Virus record (IMG/VR): IMGVR_UViG_3300050343_000159
DNA length: 64,000 nucleotides
Source: a virus
Lineage: Duplodnaviria > Caudoviricetes
Reading direction: 5' to 3' (one strand)
The notes under the pieces are model-generated. The model was not told the origin of the DNA. It saw only the letters and a list, made by a program, of their open reading frames with translations, and ran no database searches. How positions within the stretch are numbered: position 1 is the stretch's first letter; every line of letters starts with the position of its first letter. Position numbers and translations under genes: made by a program. Below are positions 49,075 through 59,750 of this stretch, one piece after another.

Positions 49075-49533
49075 ATGGGAGCCATGACACCACCCAGCAG
49101 AAAAAGCTGCTACAACTTTCGAGTCACGGAGATCAACCGTGTTCTTGATGGCGATACTATCGATGTCACCATTGATCTTGGGTTTGATCTATACAAGAAA
49201 GAAAGAGTTAGAGTTGCAGGAGTTGATACGCCAGAAAAGAGAACGAAGAACTTAGAGGAGAAGGCTCTTGGAATCGAAGCAACCAACTGGCTCAAAGAGA
49301 AACTGGAGAGTACTATCGCTGGTGATGATGAGTTGTCTGTTAGGACTGAACTTGTTGGTGGCGTCGGTAAATATGGCCGTCTTCTTGGTTGGCTTTACAT
49401 TGGGGACGACAGTGTGTCCCTCAACGAACAAATGATTGAGGAAGGTTATGCTCACGCATACGACGGAGGAACAAAAGACATGGATCTCGAAGCACTCAGA
49501 GAGATCAGAAGGGCGCACGGCACGTTGGTGTAG
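49075..49533 (+). CDS. Thermonuclease (SNase-like) family protein
   Basis: RVLDGDTIDV, RVAGVDTPE, GKYGRLLG, GYAHAY. Confidence 0.85.
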   Translation: MGAMTPPSRKSCYNFRVTEINRVLDGDTIDVTIDLGFDLYKKERVRVAGVDTPEKRTKNLEEKALGIEATNWLKEKLESTIAGDDELSVRTELVGGVGKYGRLLGWLYIGDDSVSLNEQMIEEGYAHAYDGGTKDMDLEALREIRRAHGTLV

Positions 49534-49660
49534 AAGTGTTGTCTGTGGATCTACACCTTTTATCCCAGACTCCGAATTTGGAGGGGAAAACTGCGAACTA
49601 ACTTGTAGTATTGCTAAAGATTAATTCTAAACTATATACTTTTAATTAGGAAAAGTAAAA

Positions 49661-49906
49661 ATGCAAAAAGTAATTAATGTTTTAGCAGTCCTGTCGTTTG
49701 TGGGAACTGCGGGTATCATTGGAGGTGGTACTGCAGTGTATCTCAATAAGGATTCTATTATTGAGAATGCAAAGAACCAAATTGCAGCAGCTGCAGGAGA
49801 AGCAATTGCTGGACAACTTCCTGGAATGATGGATGCTGGTATGCCAGAACTTCCTAGTGCTACTGGTGGAGCTGTTCCTATGGGTGGAAGTGCACTTCCT
49901 TTCTGA
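49661..49906 (+). CDS. Small membrane-anchored protein
   Basis: N-terminal hydrophobic helix; Pro/Met-rich tail. Confidence 0.6.
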   Translation: MQKVINVLAVLSFVGTAGIIGGGTAVYLNKDSIIENAKNQIAAAAGEAIAGQLPGMMDAGMPELPSATGGAVPMGGSALPF

Positions 49907-50716
49907 TGGATATCCCTGAAATCGTTATCCCTAATACGAGTGTCAATATTAGTGACATTCGTAATTTGAATATCGATGTAATGCCTGATTGGATGAGAGA
50001 TCCTCCTCAGGCATTACCAATTTACCCACCCGTGTCTACACAGGTGGGTGTTCCTATTGTTAATATACCTGGATGTGTTGAGTCACATAGAGATAGTAGT
50101 GAGAATCAAACACTCAAAGAAGAGGATAGGGATGGTGTCCAGGTATTTTGTGATGCAGGAACACCTAGTTATAGTCCATTAGATTATGATCCACGTAGAT
50201 TAGAAGATAACAACAACATCTCCACCACCTCCACCATATAAAGCACCTGATACAAAACCACCACCAACTCCTGATGCACCAGTCACCTCCACCAACTCCA
50301 CCTGCAAAAGCAGAGTGTCCGAGTAGAGCACAAGAATTAAAAAACCCTGTAGGAAAAGTATCCTAGAGGGTAATAAAAAGATTACTGGGTATGAGACAGT
50401 AGGAAAAGAATGTCTCCCCGTATTTGAAAATTTAAATATACCAGATCAGATTGTCCAGAACATACCATCAGCAGGTATGATAACTGTCACTGCATCTATC
50501 GCTGTGGTGGCAACGACCTCGGCACTGCTTGCAAAACCTCTTGCTGACCTTTTGTTAAAAGTGGTGAAACCTGTGACGAAGAAGGTTGTGAAGAAGATTG
50601 CTGCCTTACGGGGTAAGAAACCCCCGGTATTGTCTGCGACTGAGAGGAAGGCGGAGCAACGGGATAGGAACCGGGCGATAAAGATCCTACGTTCGGCACT
50701 GAAGCCGAAGGGATAG
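49906..50716 (+). CDS. Pro-rich protein with C-terminal hydrophobic anchor (several frameshifts)
   Basis: IPGCVE..CDAG, poly-Pro linker in shifted frames, TASIAVVATTSALLAKP. Confidence 0.5.
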
Positions 50717-51500
50717 AGTGACGATGTTGCTTAACAGTATTAACATTATTAACTACCACGTCCGCACATATTTTTCTATAAGGGCTGCGTGGATGAAAAG
50801 AAATTCCTTGCTGCATTAACTGACCACAATTCTTAAGTCTAGCCAATTCAAAGTCTAATCTTTTATTAGCAAGCATCTGTCCTTGTAAAGCAATCTGAGT
50901 ATCTGCTGCTTGCTTACAACGTTCTTGTAGTCCACCATCAAGTGGGAAAGATATTGTTGCAGATAATCCAAGACTGGTGCTGTAATTTTTAGTGTCACCA
51001 GTTCTTACTGGTTTCTCCCAAAGTTCTGCTCCAGGATTATCAGGCACACCATCACCCATCATTTCCATAACTGTGATGGGCATGTCTGCACCATCTTCAT
51101 AGGCACGAACAGTTTCACCTTCTGAGTTTGTATATGTCCTATCATCATAATGTTCAGACCAAGGCCAGTTCTTCACATTCTTCTGAACTTCTACTAACTG
51201 ACCTTCAAAATCTCTTCCATCATATTGAGGTTCCATATAGTGTGTTTCAAATGGATCCTTCTCATTACGAGCATGAGTAATGAATGGTGTGATGTTAGCA
51301 GTCGGTCCTTGACATGCAATACCCCCACCATATTGATTAGTGATGTATGGTCCTTGTAAGACCTGAATAGCTTGGTTGGTAACTGAGCCTGAACTATTTG
51401 CGATTGGGTTTGCTGTTGCAGAAACACCTCCCACATCAGCAGCACTGACAGGGGAGGCGATAAGAAGTGATATTACTGGGTAAAGATACTTGTGGTATCT
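50496..51500 (-). CDS. Secreted beta-rich conserved cyanobacterial/cyanophage protein (start unclear)
   Basis: Signal-like KYLYPVISLLIASPVSA; SATANPIANSSGSVTNQA; CQG; RCK..LDFELARLKNC. Confidence 0.65.
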   Translation of the reverse strand, partial: RYHKYLYPVISLLIASPVSAADVGGVSATANPIANSSGSVTNQAIQVLQGPYITNQYGGGIACQGPTANITPFITHARNEKDPFETHYMEPQYDGRDFEGQLVEVQKNVKNWPWSEHYDDRTYTNSEGETVRAYEDGADMPITVMEMMGDGVPDNPGAELWEKPVRTGDTKNYSTSLGLSATISFPLDGGLQERCKQAADTQIALQGQMLANKRLDFELARLKNCGQLMQQGISFHPRSPYRKICADVVVNNVNTVKQHRHSIPSASVPNVGSLSPGSYPVAPPSSQSQTIPGVSYPVRQQSSSQPSSSQVSPLLTKGQQEVLQAVPRSLPPQR

Positions 51501-51943
51501 GTGATGCTTGTAACCTCTGTGGTTCTTTGGATCACAGTTTGATTCGTTACACCCGGTCCCATGTAGGTCTGAGAGAACTGAAATGCTGCTCCTGGATCTG
51601 CGATTGTAAAACTCTGTCCACTTAAATTTAGACCAGAGTTGGCGCTTGTTACTTGCCCCTCTGTTCCTCCTAATGGATTCACGATCACTGAGTTTGTCGT
51701 TGGGTTCGGACTGAGGGATTGTCCCCCGTTGGTCACGTTTGAACCCGATACTGAATATTGCCATCCTGTTGCATAATCTATAGAGTTGATAGTTTCAGTC
51801 ACCTTGGAGGTTGTCTCTGTGTGACTCGTCATGCTTCCCTGAGTGAAGTTTGGCACTACAGGGACCGCCAGGGCAGCGGCAGGAATAAGACTTACTCCCA
51901 CCGCAGACATCACAATATATATGATTGTCTTTCCAGAAGTCAT
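51473..51943 (-). CDS. Secreted Ser/Thr-rich protein
   Basis: Signal peptide then VPVVPNFTQGSMTS; PGAAFQFSQTY. Confidence 0.7.
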   Translation of the reverse strand: MTSGKTIIYIVMSAVGVSLIPAAALAVPVVPNFTQGSMTSHTETTSKVTETINSIDYATGWQYSVSGSNVTNGGQSLSPNPTTNSVIVNPLGGTEGQVTSANSGLNLSGQSFTIADPGAAFQFSQTYMGPGVTNQTVIQRTTEVTSITDTTSIFTQ

Positions 51944-51961
51944 GTTTTCTGACCTCCATTT

Positions 51962-52460
51962 ATTTAGTGTAGAATCGTGAGCTCACTGACAAATTGACCA
52001 GTAGCATTTGTACCAGCACCACCAGCCGTCAAAGTAATTACACCAGCAGTTGTAGAGTACCACCATCAGAGATCGCCAACAACACCAGCAGCAGTGGATG
52101 TAATGTTTCCAAAGTTTGCTACATCACCAACAGTGGTGCAGAAGTTGGGATTGCATCTGCCTGTGTATAAGACTGAGAGAAACTAAAAGCACTACCAGGA
52201 TTATCCTGAGTGGCAGCGATTGTGCCTGGGGCATAAATTCCACTGGTAATTGCACCAGTAGAAATTGTATTAACTGTTGTTCCGTCAGTAGTATCTACAC
52301 CGCTACCTGAAATTGAGAAGTTACTACCAAGTCTTGTGACATTAGTAGCAGCTGCATCAACGGTTAATTGAACACTAGAAGATAACTTATGAGTAAGAGC
52401 ACCTGCATTTGCTGCTGGTGCGGTCATCAATAACATTATGAAAGGTAAAAACCGTTTCAT
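51962..52460 (-). CDS. Secreted Ser/Thr/Gly-rich protein (frameshift ~52130)
   Basis: Signal peptide ...AANA; PGSAFSFSQSY; minus-strand TAAATA at 52486-52491. Confidence 0.65.
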
Positions 52461-52593
52461 AGTAAACCGAGAAGGGTATGTGTGCTATTTAGAAACTAAA
52501 TTTTTTGATACAATGTTAAAGTATCACTACAAACATTTCACATAATCAATTAAATAGATTAAATAGTTATTCACCAAAAACAAATTAAATAAA

Positions 52594-52860
52594 ATGTATT
52601 CCAAGGAAACATCTGACTTATTTGTCAGTCGAAAGGAATGTCCAAAATGTGGAGCAGTGTGGTTAAATGGTCAACACATATGGAGCACTGGTCGTAAAGG
52701 TGATGAAGAAACTCTAAGTAACCTTGTGTGTAGTATCAAAAATGATCCACAATGTATTAACTCAAAACATAAGGTAGGTCATGTCTATGGTGAAAAAGAC
52801 ACTTGGGAAAAAAGAAGTAAATTTGTTAAACAAAAATTGAAGGAGATTGACGATGCCTAG
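52594..52860 (+). CDS. Small Cys-rich (CxxC) conserved protein
   Basis: KECPKCGAVWLNGQHIW, LVC..K..QCIN. Confidence 0.6.
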   Translation: MYSKETSDLFVSRKECPKCGAVWLNGQHIWSTGRKGDEETLSNLVCSIKNDPQCINSKHKVGHVYGEKDTWEKRSKFVKQKLKEIDDA

Positions 52861-53197
52861 AGGTAAAATGTTGAAGTATGAAATGGAATCTCATCTTTAT
52901 AGGTTAAAGAATGAACTACACAGTAGGTCAGGAGTTGTGTGAATCTAAAGGTCTAGCTGATGAGTATCTCAATAGGGTCTTAGATAAACTTCAAGAGTTT
53001 AGATACTAAGCTAAGCCCAACCTTTATCGGTAACAAACCTATTGTAGTCAAAACCAATACCCTTGTTAAGTACCAGTTCTCTAAGTGGAACACCAACTTA
53101 ACAGGGGTATTTCTTTGTGGTATGATAACAGGGTAAACAAAACTTTACATAAATAAACCAGTTACTTGTGTTGGTTTCAACATAAGTGTTTATACTT

Positions 53198-53308
53198 ACT
53201 CCCCTTAAACCAAGACCTATAGGGAGTCTAAAAACGTCTTTAATACCTGTATCTAAGGGTGATACAGGAATAGTAAAACCATCATTTCCCTGATGATCTT
53301 ACTTTTAA
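53198..53308 (+). ncRNA. PhotoRC-II-like cis-regulatory RNA in the psbA 5' UTR
   Basis: Hairpins CCTGTATC/GATACAGG and CATCA/TGATG directly before psbA; matches my recollection of the cyanophage psbA leader motif. Confidence 0.65.
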
Positions 53309-53318
53309 GTACATTACA

Positions 53319-54401
53319 ATGGCTTCAACACTTTCAAGACAACAACAATCACAATCCACATGGAATGACTTCTGTGACTGGGTGACCTCCACCAACAATC
53401 GTCTGTATGTCGGTTGGTTCGGTGTACTGATGATCCCAACTCTGTTGGCGGCTACCATCTGTTTCATTATTGCATTCGTAGGTGCTCCTCCTGTGGACAT
53501 CGACGGTATCCGTGAACCCGTTGCTGGTTCACTCATGTATGGCAACAACATCATCTCTGGTGCTGTCGTTCCTTCCTCCAATGCAATCGGTCTACATTTC
53601 TACCCCATCTGGGAAGCAGCCTCACTCGATGAGTGGCTTTACAATGGCGGTCCTTTCCAACTGGTAGTCTTCCACTTCCTTATCGGCATCTACGCTTATA
53701 TGGGACGTGAGTGGGAACTTTCTTATCGTTTGGGTATGAGACCCTGGATCTGTGTGGCATATTCCGCACCTGTAGCTGCAGCGAGTGCAGTATTCCTGGT
53801 CTATCCTTTCGGTCAAGGTTCTTTCTCCGACGCGATGCCCCTGGGTATCTCTGGTACATTCAACTACATGTTGGTCTTCCAAGCAGAACATAACATCCTG
53901 ATGCACCCCTTCCACATGTTGGGAGTTGCTGGTGTCTTCGGTGGTTCACTCTTCTCGGCAATGCATGGTTCACTGGTTACTTCTTCTTTGGTTCGTGAAA
54001 CGACCGAGCAAGAGTCACAGAACTATGGTTATAAGTTCGGACAAGAGGAAGAGACCTATAACATCGTCGCAGCTCATGGCTACTTCGGTCGTCTCATCTT
54101 CCAATACGCTTCTTTCAACAACTCTAGAAGTCTTCACTTCTTCTTGGCAGCCTGGCCTGTTGTAGGTATCTGGTTCACCGCACTTGGTGTTTCCACGATG
54201 GCCTTCAACCTGAACGGTTTCAACTTCAACCAGTCCATCGTTGATGGTCAGTCCCGTGTTATCAACACCTGGGCCGACGTTCTCAACAGAGCTGGACTTG
54301 GTATGGAAGTTATGCATGAGAGAAACGCTCACAACTTCCCACTCGACCTGGCAGCAGCTGAGTCTACTCCTGTAGCACTCACCGCTCCTTCTATCGGTTG
54401 A
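53319..54401 (+). CDS. psbA: Photosystem II D1 protein
   Basis: Complete 360-aa D1 ([31 protein letters not shown]); no intron. Confidence 0.99.
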   Translation: MASTLSRQQQSQSTWNDFCDWVTSTNNRLYVGWFGVLMIPTLLAATICFIIAFVGAPPVDIDGIREPVAGSLMYGNNIISGAVVPSSNAIGLHFYPIWEAASLDEWLYNGGPFQLVVFHFLIGIYAYMGREWELSYRLGMRPWICVAYSAPVAAASAVFLVYPFGQGSFSDAMPLGISGTFNYMLVFQAEHNILMHPFHMLGVAGVFGGSLFSAMHGSLVTSSLVRETTEQESQNYGYKFGQEEETYNIVAAHGYFGRLIFQYASFNNSRSLHFFLAAWPVVGIWFTALGVSTMAFNLNGFNFNQSIVDGQSRVINTWADVLNRAGLGMEVMHERNAHNFPLDLAAAESTPVALTAPSIG

Positions 54402-54426
54402 TATAACACCTGATACGTGTTACAAT

Positions 54427-54452
54427 AAGAGGGACTTCGGTCCCTCTTTTTC
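54427..54452 (+). terminator. Intrinsic terminator after psbA
   Basis: AGAGGGAC-TTCG-GTCCCTCTTTTT. Confidence 0.85.
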
Positions 54453-54478
54453 TTTATTCTTTAATGTGAAGTTTTATT

Positions 54479-54921
54479 ATGATTGAACTTTTAACTTACT
54501 ATGTTATTGGTGGAGCACTACTAGTTGGAGCTCCTGCTGTGTTCTTCCTTATCGCTTTTATGCCAGCCCTTCAAAATACGAAAGGTCGTATGGTTGGATA
54601 TAAGGATCGGAAAGCATATGGTGACATCTCTTCTTACGAGAACTCACCCACAGATCAAACTAAATTCTTTTTAGAACTGAACTAATCATGTCCTGTAAAA
54701 CTTTAAGAACAGATATTCTCTCTGCACTTAGAAGTGCAGCAGAAGGAAATATTCAAAAGGCAAGGATCAACATTGAGGTTTACTTGCACAACCCTGTTGG
54801 TATCGGTGAACACCCAGATGTGTTAGGTGCCATTCAGGATCAACTCGATGTTATTGCACACGAAGAGGAACGTATTCAAGTAATTGAAAAGCACTTCTCT
54901 TCACATACTCACTCAGAATAA
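54479..54921 (+). CDS. Two small hypothetical ORFs between psbA and psbD (54479-54685, 54688-54921)
   Basis: First has a TM helix; second has YL.NPVGIGEHPDV motif. Confidence 0.6.
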
Positions 54922-55977
54922 ATGGCAACATCTACACTTGCACCTCCCACTAGGGGGTGGTTCGATCTTTTAGACGACTGGTTAAAACGAGACAGATTTG
55001 TATTCATAGGATGGTCCGGTGTTCTTCTTCTACCTACTGCTTACCTTGCAATTGGGGGCTGGCTTACTGGCACAACTTTCGTTACGAGCTGGTATACCCA
55101 TGGTCTCGCTAGTTCCTATCTTGAGGGTTCTAACTTTCTTACGGCAGCTGTTAGTACTCCAGCTGATGCTATGGGTCATTCTCTTCTTCTCCTCTGGGGT
55201 CCAGAGGCTCAGGGGGATTTCGTCCGATGGTGTCAACTTGGGGGACTCTGGAATTTTGTGGCACTCCACGGAGCCTTTGCTCTCATTGGTTTCATGCTTC
55301 GACAGTTTGAAATCTCTCGTCTCGTAGGAATTAGACCATACAATGCTATTGCGTTCTCTGGGCCTATCGCTGTTTTTGTCAGTGTGTTTCCTCATCTATC
55401 CACTCGGTCAGTCCAGTTGGTTCTTTCGCACCGTCGTTTGGTGTTGCAGCGATCTTTAGGTTCCTACTCTTCCTACAGGGTTTCCACAACTGGACGCTCA
55501 ACCCATTCCATATGATGGGAGTTGCAGGTATCCTAGGTGGAGCACTACTCAGCTATCCACGGTGTCACAGTAGAGAATACATTGTATGAAGATGGTGAAC
55601 AGGCAAACACATTCAAAGCCTTTGACTCTACACAAGAGGAAGAGACTTACTCTATGGTTACGGCCAACAGATTCTGGTCTCAAATTTTTGGTATCGCTTT
55701 TAGTAACAAGCGCTGGCTTCATTTCTTTATGTTATTTGTTCCAGTTATGGGGCTCTGGACTAGTAGTATTGGGATTATTGGGCTTGCTCTTAATCTTCGT
55801 GCTTACGACTTTGTAAGTCAAGAGATCAGAGCAGCAGAAGATCCTGAGTTTGAAACCTTCTACACAAAGAACATTCTCTTGAATGAAGGACTACGTGCAT
55901 GGTTGGCACCAGTTGATCAACCACATGAGTCATTTGTATTCCCAGAAGAAGTATTACCTAGAGGTAACGCACTATGA
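54922..55977 (+). CDS. psbD: Photosystem II D2 protein (frameshifts ~55390-55555)
   Basis: [48 protein letters not shown]. Confidence 0.97.
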
Positions 55978-56417
55978 TTAAATCTCTATTCAGTTTGGTA
56001 TTTGCAGCTCTAATGTGGGTTCAAGTACCTCAGTGGAAAGATGATTGGTCTAAGTGTGCTGTTGATGTACCTGACACAGCATGTCACTGGTACATCGTGG
56101 CACCAGATAGCACCATGGGAGAGGGGTTCGATTGGGCCACCGCTCCCTGGTTCTCAGTCGAAGGATTGAGAGACATTGGTGAACTCAAAAACACAGTCCA
56201 GTCTCTACAGGAGGCATAATGAATAACTTCGAAGTCATTTTATACTTCGTCTGCTTCGCTGCTATTGGTGGCGGTGCCTTTGCTATGATGTGGTCTAACA
56301 TCCAATCTATTAACATAGAGATGGCAAAACCTAAACCACGTCACCCTGAAGCACCACAAGCAGGTGAAGAACTGATGTATGTGGATTTAAGTAGAGAAAA
56401 ACTAGAGGATTTGTATA

Positions 56418-56816
56418 ATGATTAAGTCATTAGGATTCTTACTACTCCGTTTATCGATAGGCATCATGCTTATCCATCATGGATACGAGAAACTAGATAA
56501 CATTGAAAACTTTGCGGATGCATTTGTAAGACCATTACATCTTCCGTTTCCAATCTTCTTCTCATACGTTGCAGCTTTCTCTGAGATTGTAGGAAGTTGG
56601 TTGGTTATCTTTGGACTTGTTACTAGGTTGGGTGCCTTAGCAATCTTAGGCACTGTATCATTTGGAATCTATCACGCTTTAGTTACAGCTGGATTCAACA
56701 TCTATCTGTTAGAACTCTTAGTTCTTTACTGGGGAGGTGCAGCTTGTATCGTTCTCGGTGGTGGTGGTAACTTCTCAATAGATCATTTGATACTAAGAAG
56801 ACTTAAAGGAGTATAA
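56418..56816 (+). CDS. DoxX-family membrane protein
   Basis: LLLRLSIG....HHGYEK, E..G..L...GL.TR, G.G.FSID. Confidence 0.8.
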   Translation: MIKSLGFLLLRLSIGIMLIHHGYEKLDNIENFADAFVRPLHLPFPIFFSYVAAFSEIVGSWLVIFGLVTRLGALAILGTVSFGIYHALVTAGFNIYLLELLVLYWGGAACIVLGGGGNFSIDHLILRRLKGV

Positions 56817-56846
56817 ATTTATACCCTAATAACAGGAAATACACAC

Positions 56847-56880
56847 GGAGGGTTGACCCTCCTTTTTTTGTGTGTATAAT
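56847..56880 (+). promoter_or_regulatory. Terminator hairpin overlapping the early promoter of petF
   Basis: GGAGGG-TTGA-CCCTCC plus T7; TTGACC 56853-58, 16 nt, TATAAT 56875-80. Confidence 0.7.
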
Positions 56881-56904
56881 TAGTGTATGTAATTTTGTTT
56901 TTAC

Positions 56905-57198
56905 ATGGATCATTCAGTAACACTACAATATCCTGACGGTCGTGAGGAGAAGTTCACTTGTCCAGAGGACGAGTACATCCTAGACGTGGCAGAAGAACAA
57001 GGATATGACCTTCCATATTCATGTAGGGCAGGTGCTTGTTCCTCATGTTGTGGAAAGATTGTTTCTGGAACTCTGGATCAAAGCGATCAATCCTTCCTAG
57101 ATGATGAACAAGTGGAAGCAGGGTTCGCTATGTTGTGTGTATCCTATCCAAGTTCTGATCTGGTAATTAAGGCAGAGGCAGAAGAGGAACTATACTAA
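56905..57198 (+). CDS. petF: Plant-type [2Fe-2S] ferredoxin
   Basis: [27 protein letters not shown]. Confidence 0.97.
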   Translation: MDHSVTLQYPDGREEKFTCPEDEYILDVAEEQGYDLPYSCRAGACSSCCGKIVSGTLDQSDQSFLDDEQVEAGFAMLCVSYPSSDLVIKAEAEEELY

Positions 57199-57490
57199 AA
57201 GTGAAAACTCTTTATATTCATCCCTTAGGTGACACAAGTTGTCTAACACATGATGGATACATTCAAATAGGAGTATTCAATCATTCACTAGAGAAACACC
57301 TTGAACTTAATCCGACTATAAACTGGATTGAAACCTATTGGTATCCTGATGTATTTTCAAACAGATACAAGAGAGCAAACTTTCAACAAACAGAAAAAGC
57401 TAATGAAGGAAGTCCTAGGACTGACAATGCATTAGATAGTCGCCCAAGAGACTTTCCTGATCAAGCACAAACTAGACTAGACAGAACGTT

Positions 57491-57818
57491 ATGAAATTTC
57501 TATTCACACTACTCGCATCAAGTTCTATTTTTGGCTCTCCCAGCATGGGCAGTTGATGTAACTATGGGTTCAAATGGTAACCTAGTATTTGCACCCAATG
57601 ACATCACTATCTCAGCAGGAGATACTGTTCACTTTATTAATGAAGCACTACCTCCTCACAATATCATTGTAGAAGGTCGTGCAGACCTTTCCAGAGAAGC
57701 ACTATTGTTTGCTCCTGGTGAATCACAAGACGTTGTGTTTGCTGATGTAGGAGATTATAATTTCTTCTGTGGTCCCCATCAAGGTGCTGGTATGACTGGA
57801 GTCATTCACGTTCAATGA
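57491..57818 (+). CDS. petE: Plastocyanin (frameshift in the signal peptide)
   Basis: LVFAP, PHNI, FFCGPHQGAGM Cu ligands. Confidence 0.93.
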
Positions 57819-57987
57819 TCGATTCTCCAGAAGCACCTATCGAAGGTGAAGTTGATAAGTGGGGGTTTACAATTAAACCCTCTATTACTGACGATGAGTT
57901 GATCCTCATGTGTCTTAAGAATGCTCCTTGTGGGGCAGATCGTAAACAAGCAATTGCTCTTATTAAAAAGTACGAAGACAAAGTAAA

Positions 57988-58635
57988 ATGAAAATCTTCT
58001 TAGACACCGCGGACACATACGCTATTAAAGATTACTTTGATACAGGTCTCATCGATGGTGTCACAACTAATCCCACTCTGATTATGAAGAGTGGTCGTAA
58101 CCCTGATGATGTGTATCAGAAGATCAAAGATATTGGTGTCAAGGATATCAGTATGGAAGTGATGGGTAACTTTGTTGAGATGTATACAGAGGCATCACGA
58201 CTCTCTCAGAAGTTTGGTGATGTGGCAACTATCAAAGTTCCTATGACCCGTGATGGTTTGAAAGTATGTTATCAACTTTCTCAGGTTGATAAAGTGAGAG
58301 TGAATGTAACTCTTATCTTCTCAGCAGCTCAAGCAGTCCTAGCAGCTAAGGCTGGTGCCACCTATGTGTCACCCTTCGTTGGTCGTTTGGATGACCAGTC
58401 TGTGGCTGGTCTGGAGGTGGTTCGTTCTATCTCTGAACTGTATCGTATTCATCGTATCCCTACACAGGTACTATCAGCCTCCATTCGTTCGGTACAGAGG
58501 GCTGTACGGTCCTGGTATAACGGAGCAGAGGTGGTTACGATGCCTCCTAGTATCTTTGAACAGATGTATGATCACATCTTGACTGATAAGGGTCTGGAGA
58601 TCTTTGAGAAAGATGCAGCTAATATCAAACAATGA
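57988..58635 (+). CDS. talC: Transaldolase, TalC/FSA type
   Basis: KIFLDTA, GVTTNPTLI, IKVP, NVTLIFS, YVSPFVGRLDD. Confidence 0.95.
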   Translation: MKIFLDTADTYAIKDYFDTGLIDGVTTNPTLIMKSGRNPDDVYQKIKDIGVKDISMEVMGNFVEMYTEASRLSQKFGDVATIKVPMTRDGLKVCYQLSQVDKVRVNVTLIFSAAQAVLAAKAGATYVSPFVGRLDDQSVAGLEVVRSISELYRIHRIPTQVLSASIRSVQRAVRSWYNGAEVVTMPPSIFEQMYDHILTDKGLEIFEKDAANIKQ

Positions 58636-59498
58636 ACAGATATTACTACCGAGTTTATTCTGGTAGACCAGAAGAACTAGAAGCCGGGTATTATCCACAT
58701 CTTGAAGCAGTCTTTAAAACCAAAGAAGAGAGCATTGAGTTTGTAAATACTTGGTTGGACTTATATCCAAAAGGTGATGTGACCTTTTGGTATGAAAATC
58801 CAGATTAAAAATTGTCATAACCCTGTTGATCTCATAGGTCAATGGGGTTATACTATGTGTATCGGAAAACAACTATGAACGGATCACTGGACCCAGAAGA
58901 AAGAGTTATGGAACCACCTCACTGTAAACGAACAGGTTGCCTTTATCGCTCAAAAATATGGGTGGGAAGAAGGTGACGAAATTGTAGTTGAAATGGCAGG
59001 TACTCAAGTATCTGGCATCGATGTTGGTGAAGTGTATAACAAGAAGTGGCAGTCACCTATTGGTACTCGAAAGTACAACAAAGATGCGTTTATCATTATT
59101 AGTAATCAATCCCGTAGAGATTTGACTAGATCTCAACCTATGGATAGGGAACATAAACCCCAACACCCATACACTCCCCCATCTCTAAATATTTCTGAAG
59201 AAAAGAAAACAAAATGAGTTTCCCATTCAATCATGTTGTTCTTGAGGATCGTAAAGAAGTTTGGATCAAAGGTGGGTATCCTGGGTGTATGGCAGTACCA
59301 AGGTTGATGGAAAAGTTTTATCCTGGATATGAAGCCAAGTTGGCTAAGAATGAATTTATTGAGAAACTCAAAAAAGATTACACATTGAGGGCTACATTAG
59401 ATGCCTGATCACAGTATTCGCCCTCTACTTGAACAGGTAGGGGGTTTTACTATTACAATATTGATGTTTCTAGTTCCTATTTTAATTTTAATTTTACT

Positions 59499-59750
59499 AT
59501 GACTTTCCTTGTATTCTCTAAAGACGGTTGCCCTTACTGTACTAAAGTTGCACAGGCACTTAAGCTCGCTGAAATGAAGCATGTCATATATAAACTTAAC
59601 CAAGACTACACTCGACAAGAATTTTACAAAACATTTGGAGATGGTTCTACCTTCCCACAGGTTAGAGTATTCACTGAAGAAGAAGGTGAAAGAACTATTG
59701 GTGGTTGTAGTGAAACGGTTAAGTATCTACGAGAAAACAAACTGATCTAA
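59499..59750 (+). CDS. Glutaredoxin
   Basis: CPYC, STFPQV, IGG. Confidence 0.9.
   Translation: MTFLVFSKDGCPYCTKVAQALKLAEMKHVIYKLNQDYTRQEFYKTFGDGSTFPQVRVFTEEEGERTIGGCSETVKYLRENKLI

Noticed and set aside
53319-55977. Group I intron or homing endonuclease in or next to psbA/psbD
   Set aside because: psbA is an uninterrupted 360-aa ORF, psbD has only point indels, and the ORFs between them show no endonuclease motifs
3726-57818. Many frameshifted genes (MTase, purM, 15828/16603, HNH protein, epimerase, def, OMP, hli, psbD, petE) as pseudogenes or programmed frameshifts
   Set aside because: The breaks are single-base, often in homopolymers, sometimes compensating, lack slippery heptamers and hit essential genes; this pattern fits an unpolished long-read assembly
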